The notes below the pieces were generated by a model. The model saw only the letters and a program-made list of their open reading frames with translations, did no database searches and was not told the origin of the DNA. From Methanobacteriota archaeon (GTDB lineage: Archaea > Thermoplasmatota > Poseidoniia > Poseidoniales > Thalassarchaeaceae): 64,000 bases of DNA. Each line of letters begins with the position of its first letter. Positions within the stretch are counted from its first letter, which is position 1. Positions 46,709 to 56,198 of the stretch are shown piece after piece. The position numbers and the translations under genes were made by a program. The stretch spans positions 8,564 through 72,563 of the forward strand of contig WTHI01000135.1 in NCBI GenBank assembly GCA_011523185.1. Direction: 5' to 3'.

Positions 46709-48442
46709 GTGAATTTTCGGTATCCTATGACGAACTGGGAGTCACTTACCGTAGCACAACTGAAAGAGGAGTGCAAAAGCCGTGGGCTTTCGGTTGGGGG
46801 AAAGAAGGCCGATTTAGTGGCTAGACTAGAGGAACACGCCATCCCAATTGATGTCCTTGATGCAGAAATAGCCGACAATTCAAGGCCCCCTACTGCACGA
46901 AGTATTGTAAGTCGAGTGAAACAACTGCCTGTATCGGTTTTGGCTGTGATTGGAATCATGCTAATTGGTACTATGGGAGGAGCATTACTCTACGGCGATG
47001 ATGTAATCAAATGGATTCAGGGAGAACCAGATTACCAATTAATCGAATTTGATCCAACGAGTGCTAGAGGATATGCGCAGAGTCTGGTAGATCTAGGACA
47101 TCCAGAATGGGAGGGTAGAATGTCAGGAACTATCGAGGAACACAACACTGCGGATTTCATCAAAGCCAATTTTACCTCGATGGGGATTCCATCAACCATT
47201 GAGGATTTTGATGTTCCAATGTTCGTCATTGATGATGAACCGGAATTGGGAATTTGTCATGCAGGAGATGTAGGCCAAACCCTCCCTGCTTTTGCTTGTG
47301 GTGCCACTGATGTAAATGCTGATTTCATCAACTTTGAACACAGAAGTGATTTTGTTTTGCAAGGATATTCCGGCTCTTCCTTCATTCGATATGTCGATGA
47401 TATAGATGTGGTAGACTTAGGTACAGGAAACGAAAGTGCGGATTGGAACACCGGAGCGGGTTCTGTTGTCCTGATACACATGACTGAAGAAACCGAATCC
47501 AATACCGTCCTATTCAAGAGAGCATCAGAAAACGATGTTGAAGGATTAATCCTGATTAATGAAAGACAGAATTGTGACGAATTGGTTTCTGGAGATTGTA
47601 TTCCTTACTTCAAATCGGTCGATATCTCTGCGATTGACAATATACCCATAGACATGGGATTCATAATGGTCAGCCAAAGTGTTGGTCAGACAATAATTGA
47701 TGATGTGATCAATCAGGATGGCAGATTACAATTTATGACCTATGTTGAGAATGCAGGTGAAGCTACTGTCAAAGTTCCTTGTGGAATTATTCAAGGAGAG
47801 TCTGATTCTTTGATTATAATCGGCGCACACCACGATACTGTATACATGGCTCAAGGTGCTGTAGACGATTCTTCAGGGACCGCAACTGTTCTAGAAATGG
47901 CTCGCCAATTCGGATTAATTGAAAGTCAAATGGGCACCCCAAAACACACCATTTACTTCTGTACTTGGGGAGGGGAGGAAGAAGGATTGTTTGGATCTAC
48001 AGCATGGGTAGATAAACATCGAAATAACCTCTATGAGAATCTTCGCCTATACATCAATTTAGACATGAATCACGTCGATGCCGAAAGAAATTCAGGTGTC
48101 ACTTTGTTTGGAAACCATAACACAGACGTTAGCCATATCAGAGGTATATCAGAGAAATTCAAACAACAATATCCTGACCTTGCAGACCGATACAATATCC
48201 AAGTTCGCAAACTTGACGATACGGACATGCCATACAACTCTGATCACGCTCCATTCGTATACAATATCGATGAAGATGAATCGGATGGAAAACAATACGG
48301 CAGGGCTGTAGTTTGCTATGGCTCGGGGTCCACTGAATATCACACATATCTCGATACTATGGACAGATTCAATGAAGAAAGCCTAGCAGTCTCTGGAATA
48401 ATCTACGGATCATTGGTGTACTACCTCGCCTACGGCGATTGA
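46709..48442 (+). CDS. Membrane-anchored M28-family aminopeptidase with cytoplasmic N-terminal SAP/HeH motif
   Basis: SAP-like LTVAQLKEECKSRGLSVGGKKADLVARLEEH; TM LPVSVLAVIGIMLIGTMGGALLY; M28 zinc-ligand region IIIGAHHDTVYMAQGAVDDSSGTATVLEMARQF. Confidence 0.65.
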   Translation: MNFRYPMTNWESLTVAQLKEECKSRGLSVGGKKADLVARLEEHAIPIDVLDAEIADNSRPPTARSIVSRVKQLPVSVLAVIGIMLIGTMGGALLYGDDVIKWIQGEPDYQLIEFDPTSARGYAQSLVDLGHPEWEGRMSGTIEEHNTADFIKANFTSMGIPSTIEDFDVPMFVIDDEPELGICHAGDVGQTLPAFACGATDVNADFINFEHRSDFVLQGYSGSSFIRYVDDIDVVDLGTGNESADWNTGAGSVVLIHMTEETESNTVLFKRASENDVEGLILINERQNCDELVSGDCIPYFKSVDISAIDNIPIDMGFIMVSQSVGQTIIDDVINQDGRLQFMTYVENAGEATVKVPCGIIQGESDSLIIIGAHHDTVYMAQGAVDDSSGTATVLEMARQFGLIESQMGTPKHTIYFCTWGGEEEGLFGSTAWVDKHRNNLYENLRLYINLDMNHVDAERNSGVTLFGNHNTDVSHIRGISEKFKQQYPDLADRYNIQVRKLDDTDMPYNSDHAPFVYNIDEDESDGKQYGRAVVCYGSGSTEYHTYLDTMDRFNEESLAVSGIIYGSLVYYLAYGD

Positions 48443-48445
48443 CTT

Positions 48446-48919
48446 TCAAGATTCTAAGTGCTCAAGAATCGCTTCATAATCTGGTTCTATGCCAGGATTT
48501 TCCGCGACCCATGCATATGATATTTTTCCGGCCTCATCGATAACAAATACCGACCTTTGGGAAGCGGTGTATTCAGGCATTACAAAAGGAATCTCGACCC
48601 CATAGGCACGAGTTGCCTGACGATTTGTATCAGATAGTAATGGGAAGTTTATTTCATTGGCATCAGCAAAGGCAGCATTAGCAAAAATACCATCTACAGA
48701 AATTCCGAAAACTTCCGCCTCTGCGGCTTCCATACGATTCATAGAATCAGAAACTGTACACATTTCTTTTGTACAGACGCCAGTAAATGCGGCTGGATAA
48801 AACAGTAAAACTACCCGGTTACCAATAGAGTCGGAAAGTCTAACCATATTTTTGTCAAATGCCATCAATTCGAAGTCCGGTGCCATGTCGCCTACGGATA
48901 CCATGAGTTGGGGAGGCAA
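48446..48919 (-). CDS. Peroxiredoxin (AhpC/TSA-Prx family, 1-Cys/atypical 2-Cys type)
   Basis: Peroxidatic-Cys motif PAAFTGVCTKEMC. 157 aa. 25 nt downstream of argS. Confidence 0.8.
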   Translation of the reverse strand: MPPQLMVSVGDMAPDFELMAFDKNMVRLSDSIGNRVVLLFYPAAFTGVCTKEMCTVSDSMNRMEAAEAEVFGISVDGIFANAAFADANEINFPLLSDTNRQATRAYGVEIPFVMPEYTASQRSVFVIDEAGKISYAWVAENPGIEPDYEAILEHLES

Positions 48920-48944
48920 TATCGATTTTCAAGGTCGCGGGGCT

Positions 48945-50672
48945 CTACATTCTATGTGGCGAGTCAATTCCAAGTAAATCGAGACCTGTTTGCAAGGTTC
49001 TTGCAGTCAAGTCACACAGTGCCAATCTGCTTAGTTTTGTACTATCTTCTGCGTTTAGAACCGTACAAACCTCATAGAATGAACCGAAAGCTTGCGCGAT
49101 ATTGTGTAATTGAGTTGCTAATTTGTGAGGTGAGTGACTTGAACAAGCCGAATCAAGGGATTCGGGGAATTTAATCAATGCCCGAGCCAGTGCTATCTCT
49201 CTTTCATGAGTCAAAATAATTTCTGCATTACTAATTGAATTTCTATCGATTTCATCCTTCGAAAATATGCTACAAATTCTTGCATGTGCATATTGCAGAT
49301 ATGGAGCGGTGTTTCCATCGAAGGAAAGCATTTTTTCCCATTCAAATGTGTAATTGTTATTTCGGTCCGTAGAAAGATCTGCATATTTTATTGCCCCGAT
49401 TCCTAGCATCTTTGACACCTCTGATCTTTCATCTTCAGAGAGGTTTGGACTTTTCTCTGCAACGATTGCATCCGCTCTTTCCACCGCTTCAATCAATAAT
49501 TCATTCAGATGGACAGCTCCTCCCGTTCTACTAGCCAACTTCTTGCCGTCAGTACCCATTACCAAACCAAACGGAACATGGATTGCGTTTACTCCTTCAT
49601 CCATGAATCCAGCATTTCTTGCAACCTCAAAGACCATAGCAAAATGTTGTGCCTGTTCTGCACCTACAACATATAGGAATTCACGACTACCAACATTTTC
49701 GATTCTATCCAAAATGCATGCTAAATCACTAGTGGCATAATTGTAGCCACCGTCCGCTTTTTGGATGATTAATGGGAGTGGTTCCCCTTCGCGGTTTTTC
49801 CAACCATCTAGATAGACTACTTTCGCGCCATCGCTTTCCTCTAGCAATCCCACTTTCGCAAGTTTTTCGACAACCCCTGGCAATGCCGATTCATACTTTG
49901 ATTCACCTGCAAGATTGTCGTTGCTAAGTAATATCCCCATTCTTTGGTAAACTTCGTTGAAGTGAATTAATGAGCGATCCACAAGCATCTGCCATAACTC
50001 GATGGTTTCAGGTTCGCTAGACTGCATTCTAACCACCCTTGCCCGTGAGCGTGAGGCGAAGTCTGAATCAGAGTCAAATTTCGCCCTAGCATCAGAATAA
50101 AACGTACTCAAATCGATATGCTGCGCCTCTGAATCTAAACCCAGGTCAATTAGATGTTCGATGAGCATTCCGAAAGGAGTACCCCAATCTCCAATGTGAT
50201 TCTCGGGTACAACTCTGTGCCCTTTGTAGCTTAGCATTCGATTTAGAGCGTCACCAATCACTGTTGAGCGAAGGTGACCAACGTGCATATGCTTGGCTAC
50301 ATTCGGTGAAGAATAATCGATGACAATGACTCTAGGCTCCTCAGTTAAAACTCTCAATCTATCGTCGGTTAGAGATTCTTGTAATATCTCACACAACCAA
50401 TTGGGATCCGCTGAAAAATTAAGGAAACCGTTTATCGAACTAACTTGGCAAATCCCTTCAGTTGTTGGCCCTAGATGTTCTAAAATTTCGTCTGCAATCG
50501 TATTCGGAGCCTTTCTCAGCACTTTGGAAAGTGAATGACAAGGCAATGCAACATCGGCAAATGTTGAATCTGTAGAACCTGCAAGAAGGTTATTCCAATC
50601 AGACTCTTGGACGCCAATTTCGGACATCACCGGACCAAGAAGTGGGCGGATTGCGTCTACCAAATCTCGCAT
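48945..50672 (-). CDS. argS: Arginyl-tRNA synthetase
   Basis: HIGH-type motif HMHVGHLRSTVIGDALNRML, Add-1 N-domain and a C-terminal anticodon-binding domain ending ...LLGIDSPHRM. Confidence 0.9.
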   Translation of the reverse strand: MRDLVDAIRPLLGPVMSEIGVQESDWNNLLAGSTDSTFADVALPCHSLSKVLRKAPNTIADEILEHLGPTTEGICQVSSINGFLNFSADPNWLCEILQESLTDDRLRVLTEEPRVIVIDYSSPNVAKHMHVGHLRSTVIGDALNRMLSYKGHRVVPENHIGDWGTPFGMLIEHLIDLGLDSEAQHIDLSTFYSDARAKFDSDSDFASRSRARVVRMQSSEPETIELWQMLVDRSLIHFNEVYQRMGILLSNDNLAGESKYESALPGVVEKLAKVGLLEESDGAKVVYLDGWKNREGEPLPLIIQKADGGYNYATSDLACILDRIENVGSREFLYVVGAEQAQHFAMVFEVARNAGFMDEGVNAIHVPFGLVMGTDGKKLASRTGGAVHLNELLIEAVERADAIVAEKSPNLSEDERSEVSKMLGIGAIKYADLSTDRNNNYTFEWEKMLSFDGNTAPYLQYAHARICSIFSKDEIDRNSISNAEIILTHEREIALARALIKFPESLDSACSSHSPHKLATQLHNIAQAFGSFYEVCTVLNAEDSTKLSRLALCDLTARTLQTGLDLLGIDSPHRM

Positions 50673-50681
50673 ATTCTAACC

Positions 50682-51929
50682 TCAAGTAAGGGAGTACCTC
50701 AACAATGCAGCTATTCCTCCAAATGAGGTTTGTAGAGTTGCGCCTTCTTCTGAATCCATAGAAATCAGACTAACCTTAGCAGAGGTATGTCCGGCTAATT
50801 CCGTCAATTCGTCGATTATATCTCTAGTTCTATCAGGATCTTCGCGTACATCTTCCGAGCCACACTTTGGGCATTCGGGTATTTCTGAGCGACTATTTTG
50901 GGTAGCCTCCCATTCATGTGAACATGGCTTACAATACCATCCAACTCGCCTCTTCCTTAGACCTTCAGACAATAATAGAGTGTCGACTGCACCTTGGTCT
51001 AATGCTGACCGAATCATCATCTCACCGTAAGTTGCTTTGGGATGTGCCTGCATTACTTCGCGAAGGAAATTATCCACTAACTCACGTTCAGCATCCAACT
51101 CTATCTGATCCATTAGATTGCCAGCGCGCTGAACTAATTCCCTGAGGCCACTTTCATTGGAATATCCCACGTCAAAGAATGGTTCGCGAATCAACTTCTT
51201 TACTTCGTGATGGAAGTAATCATTCTTGACTACGAAATCCTTAGTTTGCCCGGGTCCACCGACTATGATTCCTTTGATATCAGCCAAATTAGGGAGCCAA
51301 TAATTGCAAGCGTGTTCTGTTGCCCTCTTGAAGAAATTATGAGCAGCTTCCTCAATTAGACGCTCAAATCGCTGAGCGGATTGACCTCCTTGGCGGTGTT
51401 TTCCCATTATGTTAGATTGTAATTCCTCTTGACAGTGAATTCTTTTTCCACTTGCAATTCCATAAGCTGCTTCTCCTCTATCGATTACAAATAGACCGTA
51501 AGAAGTCCTATCGATGAGCATATCTTCTAATTGGGTTAATTCAAAAGTCGAATCGCAACGATAACGGAAAGAAGTGAAAATTTCTGGTGGATCATCAATT
51601 ACTACAGTAACCAATCGTGTTTTGTTATTTCCAACAATAACATGGCCAACGAAGATAGCGATTCCGTACTCTCCGGCATTCTTGTATCGATTCAATACTG
51701 AAATTGCCGATTCAATAGCATCCCCTACGTGTTTTCTAGTCAATTTGGACTTGATATTCGCGGCTTGGGCGCCTTCTTGCCCAAGCTGGCCGCGAACGTC
51801 ACTAATTAGACGATCAGGAGGGATGATTACCGTAACCAATTCCGTGCCCATGCCTCTCATGTTCTGTAGCTCTTCTAGCGTCTTCTTGGTTCGCAGTCTG
51901 CGCTGCTGCATCTCCAAGTCATCTGCCAT
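50682..51929 (-). CDS. prf1: Peptide chain release factor aRF1 (eRF1 family), with a CxxC...CxxC insertion in the C-terminal domain
   Basis: NIKS motif (ANIKSKLTRKH) and GGQ motif (HRQGGQSAQRFERL). A Zn-ribbon-like insertion YCKPCSHEWE...ECPKCGSED is present. 9 nt upstream of argS. Confidence 0.85.
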   Translation of the reverse strand: MADDLEMQQRRLRTKKTLEELQNMRGMGTELVTVIIPPDRLISDVRGQLGQEGAQAANIKSKLTRKHVGDAIESAISVLNRYKNAGEYGIAIFVGHVIVGNNKTRLVTVVIDDPPEIFTSFRYRCDSTFELTQLEDMLIDRTSYGLFVIDRGEAAYGIASGKRIHCQEELQSNIMGKHRQGGQSAQRFERLIEEAAHNFFKRATEHACNYWLPNLADIKGIIVGGPGQTKDFVVKNDYFHHEVKKLIREPFFDVGYSNESGLRELVQRAGNLMDQIELDAERELVDNFLREVMQAHPKATYGEMMIRSALDQGAVDTLLLSEGLRKRRVGWYCKPCSHEWEATQNSRSEIPECPKCGSEDVREDPDRTRDIIDELTELAGHTSAKVSLISMDSEEGATLQTSFGGIAALLRYSLT

Positions 51930-51999
51930 GGCTAAGCCTCTTGGCGGAAGGCCGCAGTGAGGGGCATTTCAACCCTCTCGCGCGTAACCAGCGAAGGCA

Positions 52000-52743
52000 T
52001 TGAAAGGGGCACTCATCCCCGAATGCACGATGGCGACCATAGTACTCGCACTTGGAGGGAGCCTTCTGAGGCCGGAAGTGGAAGAGCGACATGCTTGGTT
52101 GGAAGAGTTAGTTTCCATTATCCGAGACAGGGTTTTGGTTGATGATAGAATTGGAATCGTCGTTGGTGGAGGCGCCCCTGCCAGAGAAGGAATTACACTG
52201 GCAAGACCCATCATCGACAACGAGGATAGACTAGACCGAATTGGTATTGCGGCAACTCGGCTAAATGCTACCATAGTTAGAGAGTCTCTAGCAGATGCTG
52301 GGGTCACGGTATCGGGAGCAATCCCGCGTTCTATCAACGAGGCTACGATGTTATTCGATGAAAGACCAGTAGTAGTCATGGGGGGTACTAAACCCGGCCA
52401 CACTACTGATGCAGTTGCAATTCGTCTAGCAATTGCTAGCGGTGCTGAACGCTGTATTATCTGTACTAATGTAGACAGAGTCTACGACTCTGACCCTCGT
52501 GATAATCCAAATGCAAATGGACACGATTCACTGACCCATGAAGAGTTGCAAGAAATTGTAGGGCCTGCAGAGCATACCAAAGCTGGACCATCCGGAGTTG
52601 TTGACCCTATGGGGGTTGCAGACGCCACTAAAGCCAATTTGACCCTCTGCATATTAGATGGCAGGGACCATTCTAGAATAAAATCTGCAATAGAAGGAGA
52701 ATCATTCCACGGAACGATCGTAGAAAGCGAAGAGGAGGAGTGA
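52000..52743 (+). CDS. pyrH: Uridylate (UMP) kinase, archaeal type
   Basis: TIVLALGGSLL, GIVVGGGAPAREGI and VVMGGTKPGHTTDAVAIRLA. The likely start is MATIVLAL at about 52030. Confidence 0.8.
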   Translation: MKGALIPECTMATIVLALGGSLLRPEVEERHAWLEELVSIIRDRVLVDDRIGIVVGGGAPAREGITLARPIIDNEDRLDRIGIAATRLNATIVRESLADAGVTVSGAIPRSINEATMLFDERPVVVMGGTKPGHTTDAVAIRLAIASGAERCIICTNVDRVYDSDPRDNPNANGHDSLTHEELQEIVGPAEHTKAGPSGVVDPMGVADATKANLTLCILDGRDHSRIKSAIEGESFHGTIVESEEEE

Positions 52744-53048
52744 TTCCAATGGGCAGGAAAGATAGAATCGCTAGAGCTGCTACTCAAACTGCCTCACAAG
52801 CAAGGGAAACTGCTGCGCGTGAGAGAGGAAGAAGTAAGCGAACAACCAGTGCTTCTGGTGTTTCTGCTCATAGGCACTGCTCAGTCTGTTGGGCACCAAT
52901 TCCACTAAAGGCAGAACCGCCGGTGTGTAATGATGCAGAATGTGAATCAACATACGAGAAAAGAGAAGCATCCCGTAAACGTCTAACTTTCATGTTATAC
53001 TTATTCCCTGCAATTGCCATTCTACTAGCAATTATGACTGCAATTTAA
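52740..53048 (+). CDS. Small protein with CxxC...C..C zinc-ribbon and C-terminal TM helix (hypothetical)
   Basis: HCSVCWAP...CNDAEC followed by the hydrophobic tail FMLYLFPAIAILLAIMTAI. ATGA overlap with pyrH. Confidence 0.4.
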   Translation: MIPMGRKDRIARAATQTASQARETAARERGRSKRTTSASGVSAHRHCSVCWAPIPLKAEPPVCNDAECESTYEKREASRKRLTFMLYLFPAIAILLAIMTAI

Positions 53049-53095
53049 CCCGAAGTATCGTTAGGTTCAACACCAATAAACAAAGAGAGAATGAC

Positions 53096-53686
53096 ATGCG
53101 GATGGTGCGAGTTCTGGGTGTTTTACCAGGATTTGTTGGATTTGTATGCCTAGTATTGCTAACTGCTAGTTTAGTTGGGATAGAAATTGATTCCACTCGC
53201 GTACAGGCTACTACTGTACCATGTTTGGACGATGACGCTGGTGGTTGCCCAGTTGGAATGACTGGGTCTGATTTCCATGTACCCTGGGGTTTCAGTTTGA
53301 TCGATGTAGAAGTAAACATCGCGTGGGATGAGCCTGAAAAGGCTTGGATAGGAGTTGTCGATGCAAAATACGCCGAAGAAGGAAACTGCCCCCCCGACTC
53401 CAATGGATTGACTAGCTGTGAAGCGGACGATTTCGAATTTGTCGCGGGAGGCCCTGAGGATTCAGATGAGTTCACTTTCTCCCTAAAACCAGGCGACTAT
53501 CGATTTACAAGCGGAGGACGAGATGGTGCTAGTCTTGACAATCAATTAGTAACAATTACATCAACGTTCCACATTTCTCAGGTTGGAGAGATTCTTCTCG
53601 GTGTAATTGGAATTCTACTAATGATTGGGGCCGTAGAAATGATTTATCCAATCGAACTATTTTGGAAGAAGTATGTCAAATCATGA
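53096..53686 (+). CDS. Hypothetical bitopic membrane protein with Cys-rich extracellular domain
   Basis: N-terminal signal/anchor VLGVLPGFVGFVCLVLLTASLVG, six Cys in the middle domain and a C-terminal TM ILLGVIGILLMIGAV. Confidence 0.4.
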   Translation: MRMVRVLGVLPGFVGFVCLVLLTASLVGIEIDSTRVQATTVPCLDDDAGGCPVGMTGSDFHVPWGFSLIDVEVNIAWDEPEKAWIGVVDAKYAEEGNCPPDSNGLTSCEADDFEFVAGGPEDSDEFTFSLKPGDYRFTSGGRDGASLDNQLVTITSTFHISQVGEILLGVIGILLMIGAVEMIYPIELFWKKYVKS

Positions 53687-53864
53687 CTCGATTGACTACT
53701 CGCTTCGTCGGCTAATTGAAGAACCAGTATTATCTCGACCGTTTGTGGCAGTAACCAAGTGTCGCTCCTGTGGAGCGGAAATTAGGGCTGAAGGACTTCC
53801 TCGGTCCTTTGGAGGATACAACATTTACTGCGTGACCTGTGGTGCTCAATTCAGAGTAGATTGA
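53673..53864 (+). CDS. Small zinc-ribbon protein (hypothetical)
   Basis: 63 aa with CRSCG...CVTCG. It overlaps the previous ORF by 14 nt. Confidence 0.3.
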   Translation: MSNHDSIDYSLRRLIEEPVLSRPFVAVTKCRSCGAEIRAEGLPRSFGGYNIYCVTCGAQFRVD

Positions 53865-53866
53865 AG

Positions 53867-54997
53867 TCAATCAGAAGACTTCTTTCTTCCACGTCTTGGT
53901 TTCGGTGCATGCCTCATAGCCGCTTCCCTTCTTGCTTCAATTTCTTCGGGTGAACCGACTGGCTCGATTTCTTCTATTTCTCTATGCCAAGTATCTGGCA
54001 AAGCAAGTGGATCCGTTACTTCGTCAGCGGCTATAAATTCAATTAGTTGACTGCGCAAATCATCTATTCCGTCTCCAGTAATTGAACTGATTCGCAAAAC
54101 TTCGCTTTCATTTACCTCATGTAAATCCGACTTTGAAAACACCTTGAGCAGTGGTCGTTCAGCCAGTAATTCTGTAACTTCATCTAGTAGATGCTGTTGA
54201 TCTTGCAAATTCATACCACTGGATTCAGATGGGTCGATTAAGAATAATACAATGTCTCCTACATTTTCCAAAGCCGCAATCGCTTGCATCTCGATTTGAT
54301 TACGTTCGGTCATTGGCCTATCTAGAAGGCCAGGTGTATCGACCATCTGGTAAATTCGTCTTCTGTGCTCAAAATGACCGACGTGTAGCCGCTTAGTTGT
54401 AAACGGGTAAGCGGCAACTTCTGGCTCTCCACTGGATAATTCTGTGATTAGAGCAGACTTGCCAACATTGGGAGCCCCTGCGACCACAATACAAGGCTCG
54501 GCAGCATCAATCGAAGGTAATTCTCGTAGAATGTTCCGAGCCTCACCTAACCAGAGAATATTATCTCCAATTTGGTCAATAATTGATGACATCCTACCAT
54601 ATGCGTGACGTCTTTCTTCATGGAAAGCCTCTATGTTACGAAATCTTAGCATCTTGGATTGAGATTCACCTGCAATTTTCCGTACTCTTTCTGCAGCCCA
54701 CTGAATCGCGCCAAGATTTTGCCTAAATTCATCAGCTCCCACGGCCGCATCAACCAAGGCTTGGTCAAATTCTGACTGAGCATTGAGGCTAGGCCACTGA
54801 TCAACCCATTTTAGGAGAGTTTCAGCGATTGTATCACTGGCTGCTTGTACCATTCTAGCCATCTGTTTTCGCACCCTATGGTACTTGTCTGGGTCCTCAA
54901 CCAAGTCGGATTGCTTTCCAGCACGACGAAACGCCTTGTCTAGAACTTCCTGAGGATACAGAACGGTAGGAATCTTGCGCCATTCAACAGAAGCCAC
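53867..54997 (-). CDS. Nog1-like GTPase (archaeal NOG1 homologue, OBG-HflX superfamily)
   Basis: NOG1-type N-terminus (KIPTVLYPQEVLDKAFRRA) and G-domain VVAGAPNVGKSALI...DTPGLLDRP. It has a basic C-terminal tail. Confidence 0.7.
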   Translation of the reverse strand: MASVEWRKIPTVLYPQEVLDKAFRRAGKQSDLVEDPDKYHRVRKQMARMVQAASDTIAETLLKWVDQWPSLNAQSEFDQALVDAAVGADEFRQNLGAIQWAAERVRKIAGESQSKMLRFRNIEAFHEERRHAYGRMSSIIDQIGDNILWLGEARNILRELPSIDAAEPCIVVAGAPNVGKSALITELSSGEPEVAAYPFTTKRLHVGHFEHRRRIYQMVDTPGLLDRPMTERNQIEMQAIAALENVGDIVLFLIDPSESSGMNLQDQQHLLDEVTELLAERPLLKVFSKSDLHEVNESEVLRISSITGDGIDDLRSQLIEFIAADEVTDPLALPDTWHREIEEIEPVGSPEEIEARREAAMRHAPKPRRGRKKSSD

Positions 54998-55076
54998 GAC
55001 CTCTCCTCCAGTCTAGCGGCCGCATCCATACTTCTTCAAACAGCGTGCTTTTCTATGGCGGACCACACGCGACCCT

Positions 55077-55532
55077 ATGACCGGTGAACGGCGCGGTAAG
55101 AGAATTGGAGATTTGCCTGCATGGGCAAAGCGATTTGCCGAAGAATATGGCGCAGAGGATTTGGATGGTCGCGGGGATGTTTTCTTTGGCCCTTTAATCG
55201 ACCGACGTAGCGGCCTCAGGAAGGACGACCTAATCGAATTACTAATCGATGCACGAGCACTAAGAGCGGATGATGACCCTTGGGTTCGAGGTATGTTACT
55301 AGCCACTTCCAGAAATGCGGTAGAAATGTTGGACGAATTCGGTCAATATCGCTCTATTGCAAGAGATGTGATAGTGGAAGTACGACTTGTGACACATCTG
55401 AGAAAACCATACATCGAGGATGATGAATTACTTACCTTCGAAAAAGAGGACATGCGAAGGAGATCAAATGTTCACGAACAGGCGGAGAGACAAGCCGATG
55501 GCGGCTCAGACGATAGTCACTTGTGGGGCTGA
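55077..55532 (+). CDS. Hypothetical protein, first gene of a 3-gene string with PCD and ferredoxin
   Basis: 151-aa ORF with balanced composition. The overlapping minus-strand ORF (55013-55306) is Ser/Arg-rich low complexity and is rejected. Confidence 0.45.
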   Translation: MTGERRGKRIGDLPAWAKRFAEEYGAEDLDGRGDVFFGPLIDRRSGLRKDDLIELLIDARALRADDDPWVRGMLLATSRNAVEMLDEFGQYRSIARDVIVEVRLVTHLRKPYIEDDELLTFEKEDMRRRSNVHEQAERQADGGSDDSHLWG

Positions 55533-55535
55533 AGA

Positions 55536-55862
55536 ATGTCAGACTTAGCAAAGAAAGAATGCATACCCTGCAAGGGAGGTATCCCTCCAATGGGGCTTGA
55601 AGAAGCCGAAGAAATGATTCGGCAAATTCATTCAGATTGGAAATTAATCGATACACACCACATCGAAAGAGTTTGGATTTTCCCAAATTTTGAGTCTGCT
55701 CTTCAATTTGTTAACGCAACAGGTGCAATTTGCGAAGAACAAGATCATCATGCTGATTTCGAATTAGGTTGGGGTAGGGTGAAGGCGATGATTTGGACTC
55801 ACAAAATAAACGGACTTACCGAATCTGATTTCTTCCTCGCAGCTAAGTTTGACAAGATTTAA
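55536..55862 (+). CDS. phhB: Pterin-4a-carbinolamine dehydratase (PCD/DCoH family)
   Basis: CIPCKGG...L, W...H..R.WIFPNF..A..FVNA and EEQDHHADFELGWGRVKAMIWTHKINGLTESDFFLAAKFD are colinear with PCD consensus, including the HH motif and the C-terminal GLT..DF.A. Confidence 0.8.
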   Translation: MSDLAKKECIPCKGGIPPMGLEEAEEMIRQIHSDWKLIDTHHIERVWIFPNFESALQFVNATGAICEEQDHHADFELGWGRVKAMIWTHKINGLTESDFFLAAKFDKI

Positions 55863-55871
55863 GGTGGAAAT

Positions 55872-56186
55872 ATGACGAAGGATTTTCGCCTTCACGCCTT
55901 TGTTTGTACCAATCAACGCGACCCAAAAAAACCACGAGAATGCTGTGCTGCGAAGAACTCTCTCGATGTAATGACTCGGCTTAAGCGAGCGGCTAAATCC
56001 GCTGGAATCAAAGATGTTCGAGTCAATAAATCGGGATGCTTAGACAAGTGTGAGCAAGGAATTTCTTGTGTAGTCTACCCAGACGGAATTTGGTACACTA
56101 TACCTGACGATGACCAAGCAATAGCCAAAATTGTAGACCATCTAGCGGGAGGAAATGTCGCTGTTGAATTTCTGATGGGCGACTAA
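55872..56186 (+). CDS. Thioredoxin-like [2Fe-2S] ferredoxin
   Basis: Cys pattern C-x11/12-C(C)...C-x3-C (FVCTNQR...ECCAAK...SGCLDKCEQG) typical of Trx-like Fd. 104 aa. Confidence 0.65.
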   Translation: MTKDFRLHAFVCTNQRDPKKPRECCAAKNSLDVMTRLKRAAKSAGIKDVRVNKSGCLDKCEQGISCVVYPDGIWYTIPDDDQAIAKIVDHLAGGNVAVEFLMGD

Positions 56187-56198
56187 ATCAAGAGAAAA

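Noticed and set aside
55013-55306. 97-aa minus-strand ORF overlapping the 151-aa plus-strand gene
   Set aside because: It is a Ser/Arg/Lys low-complexity translation. The plus-strand ORF has balanced composition and sits in an operon with PCD.
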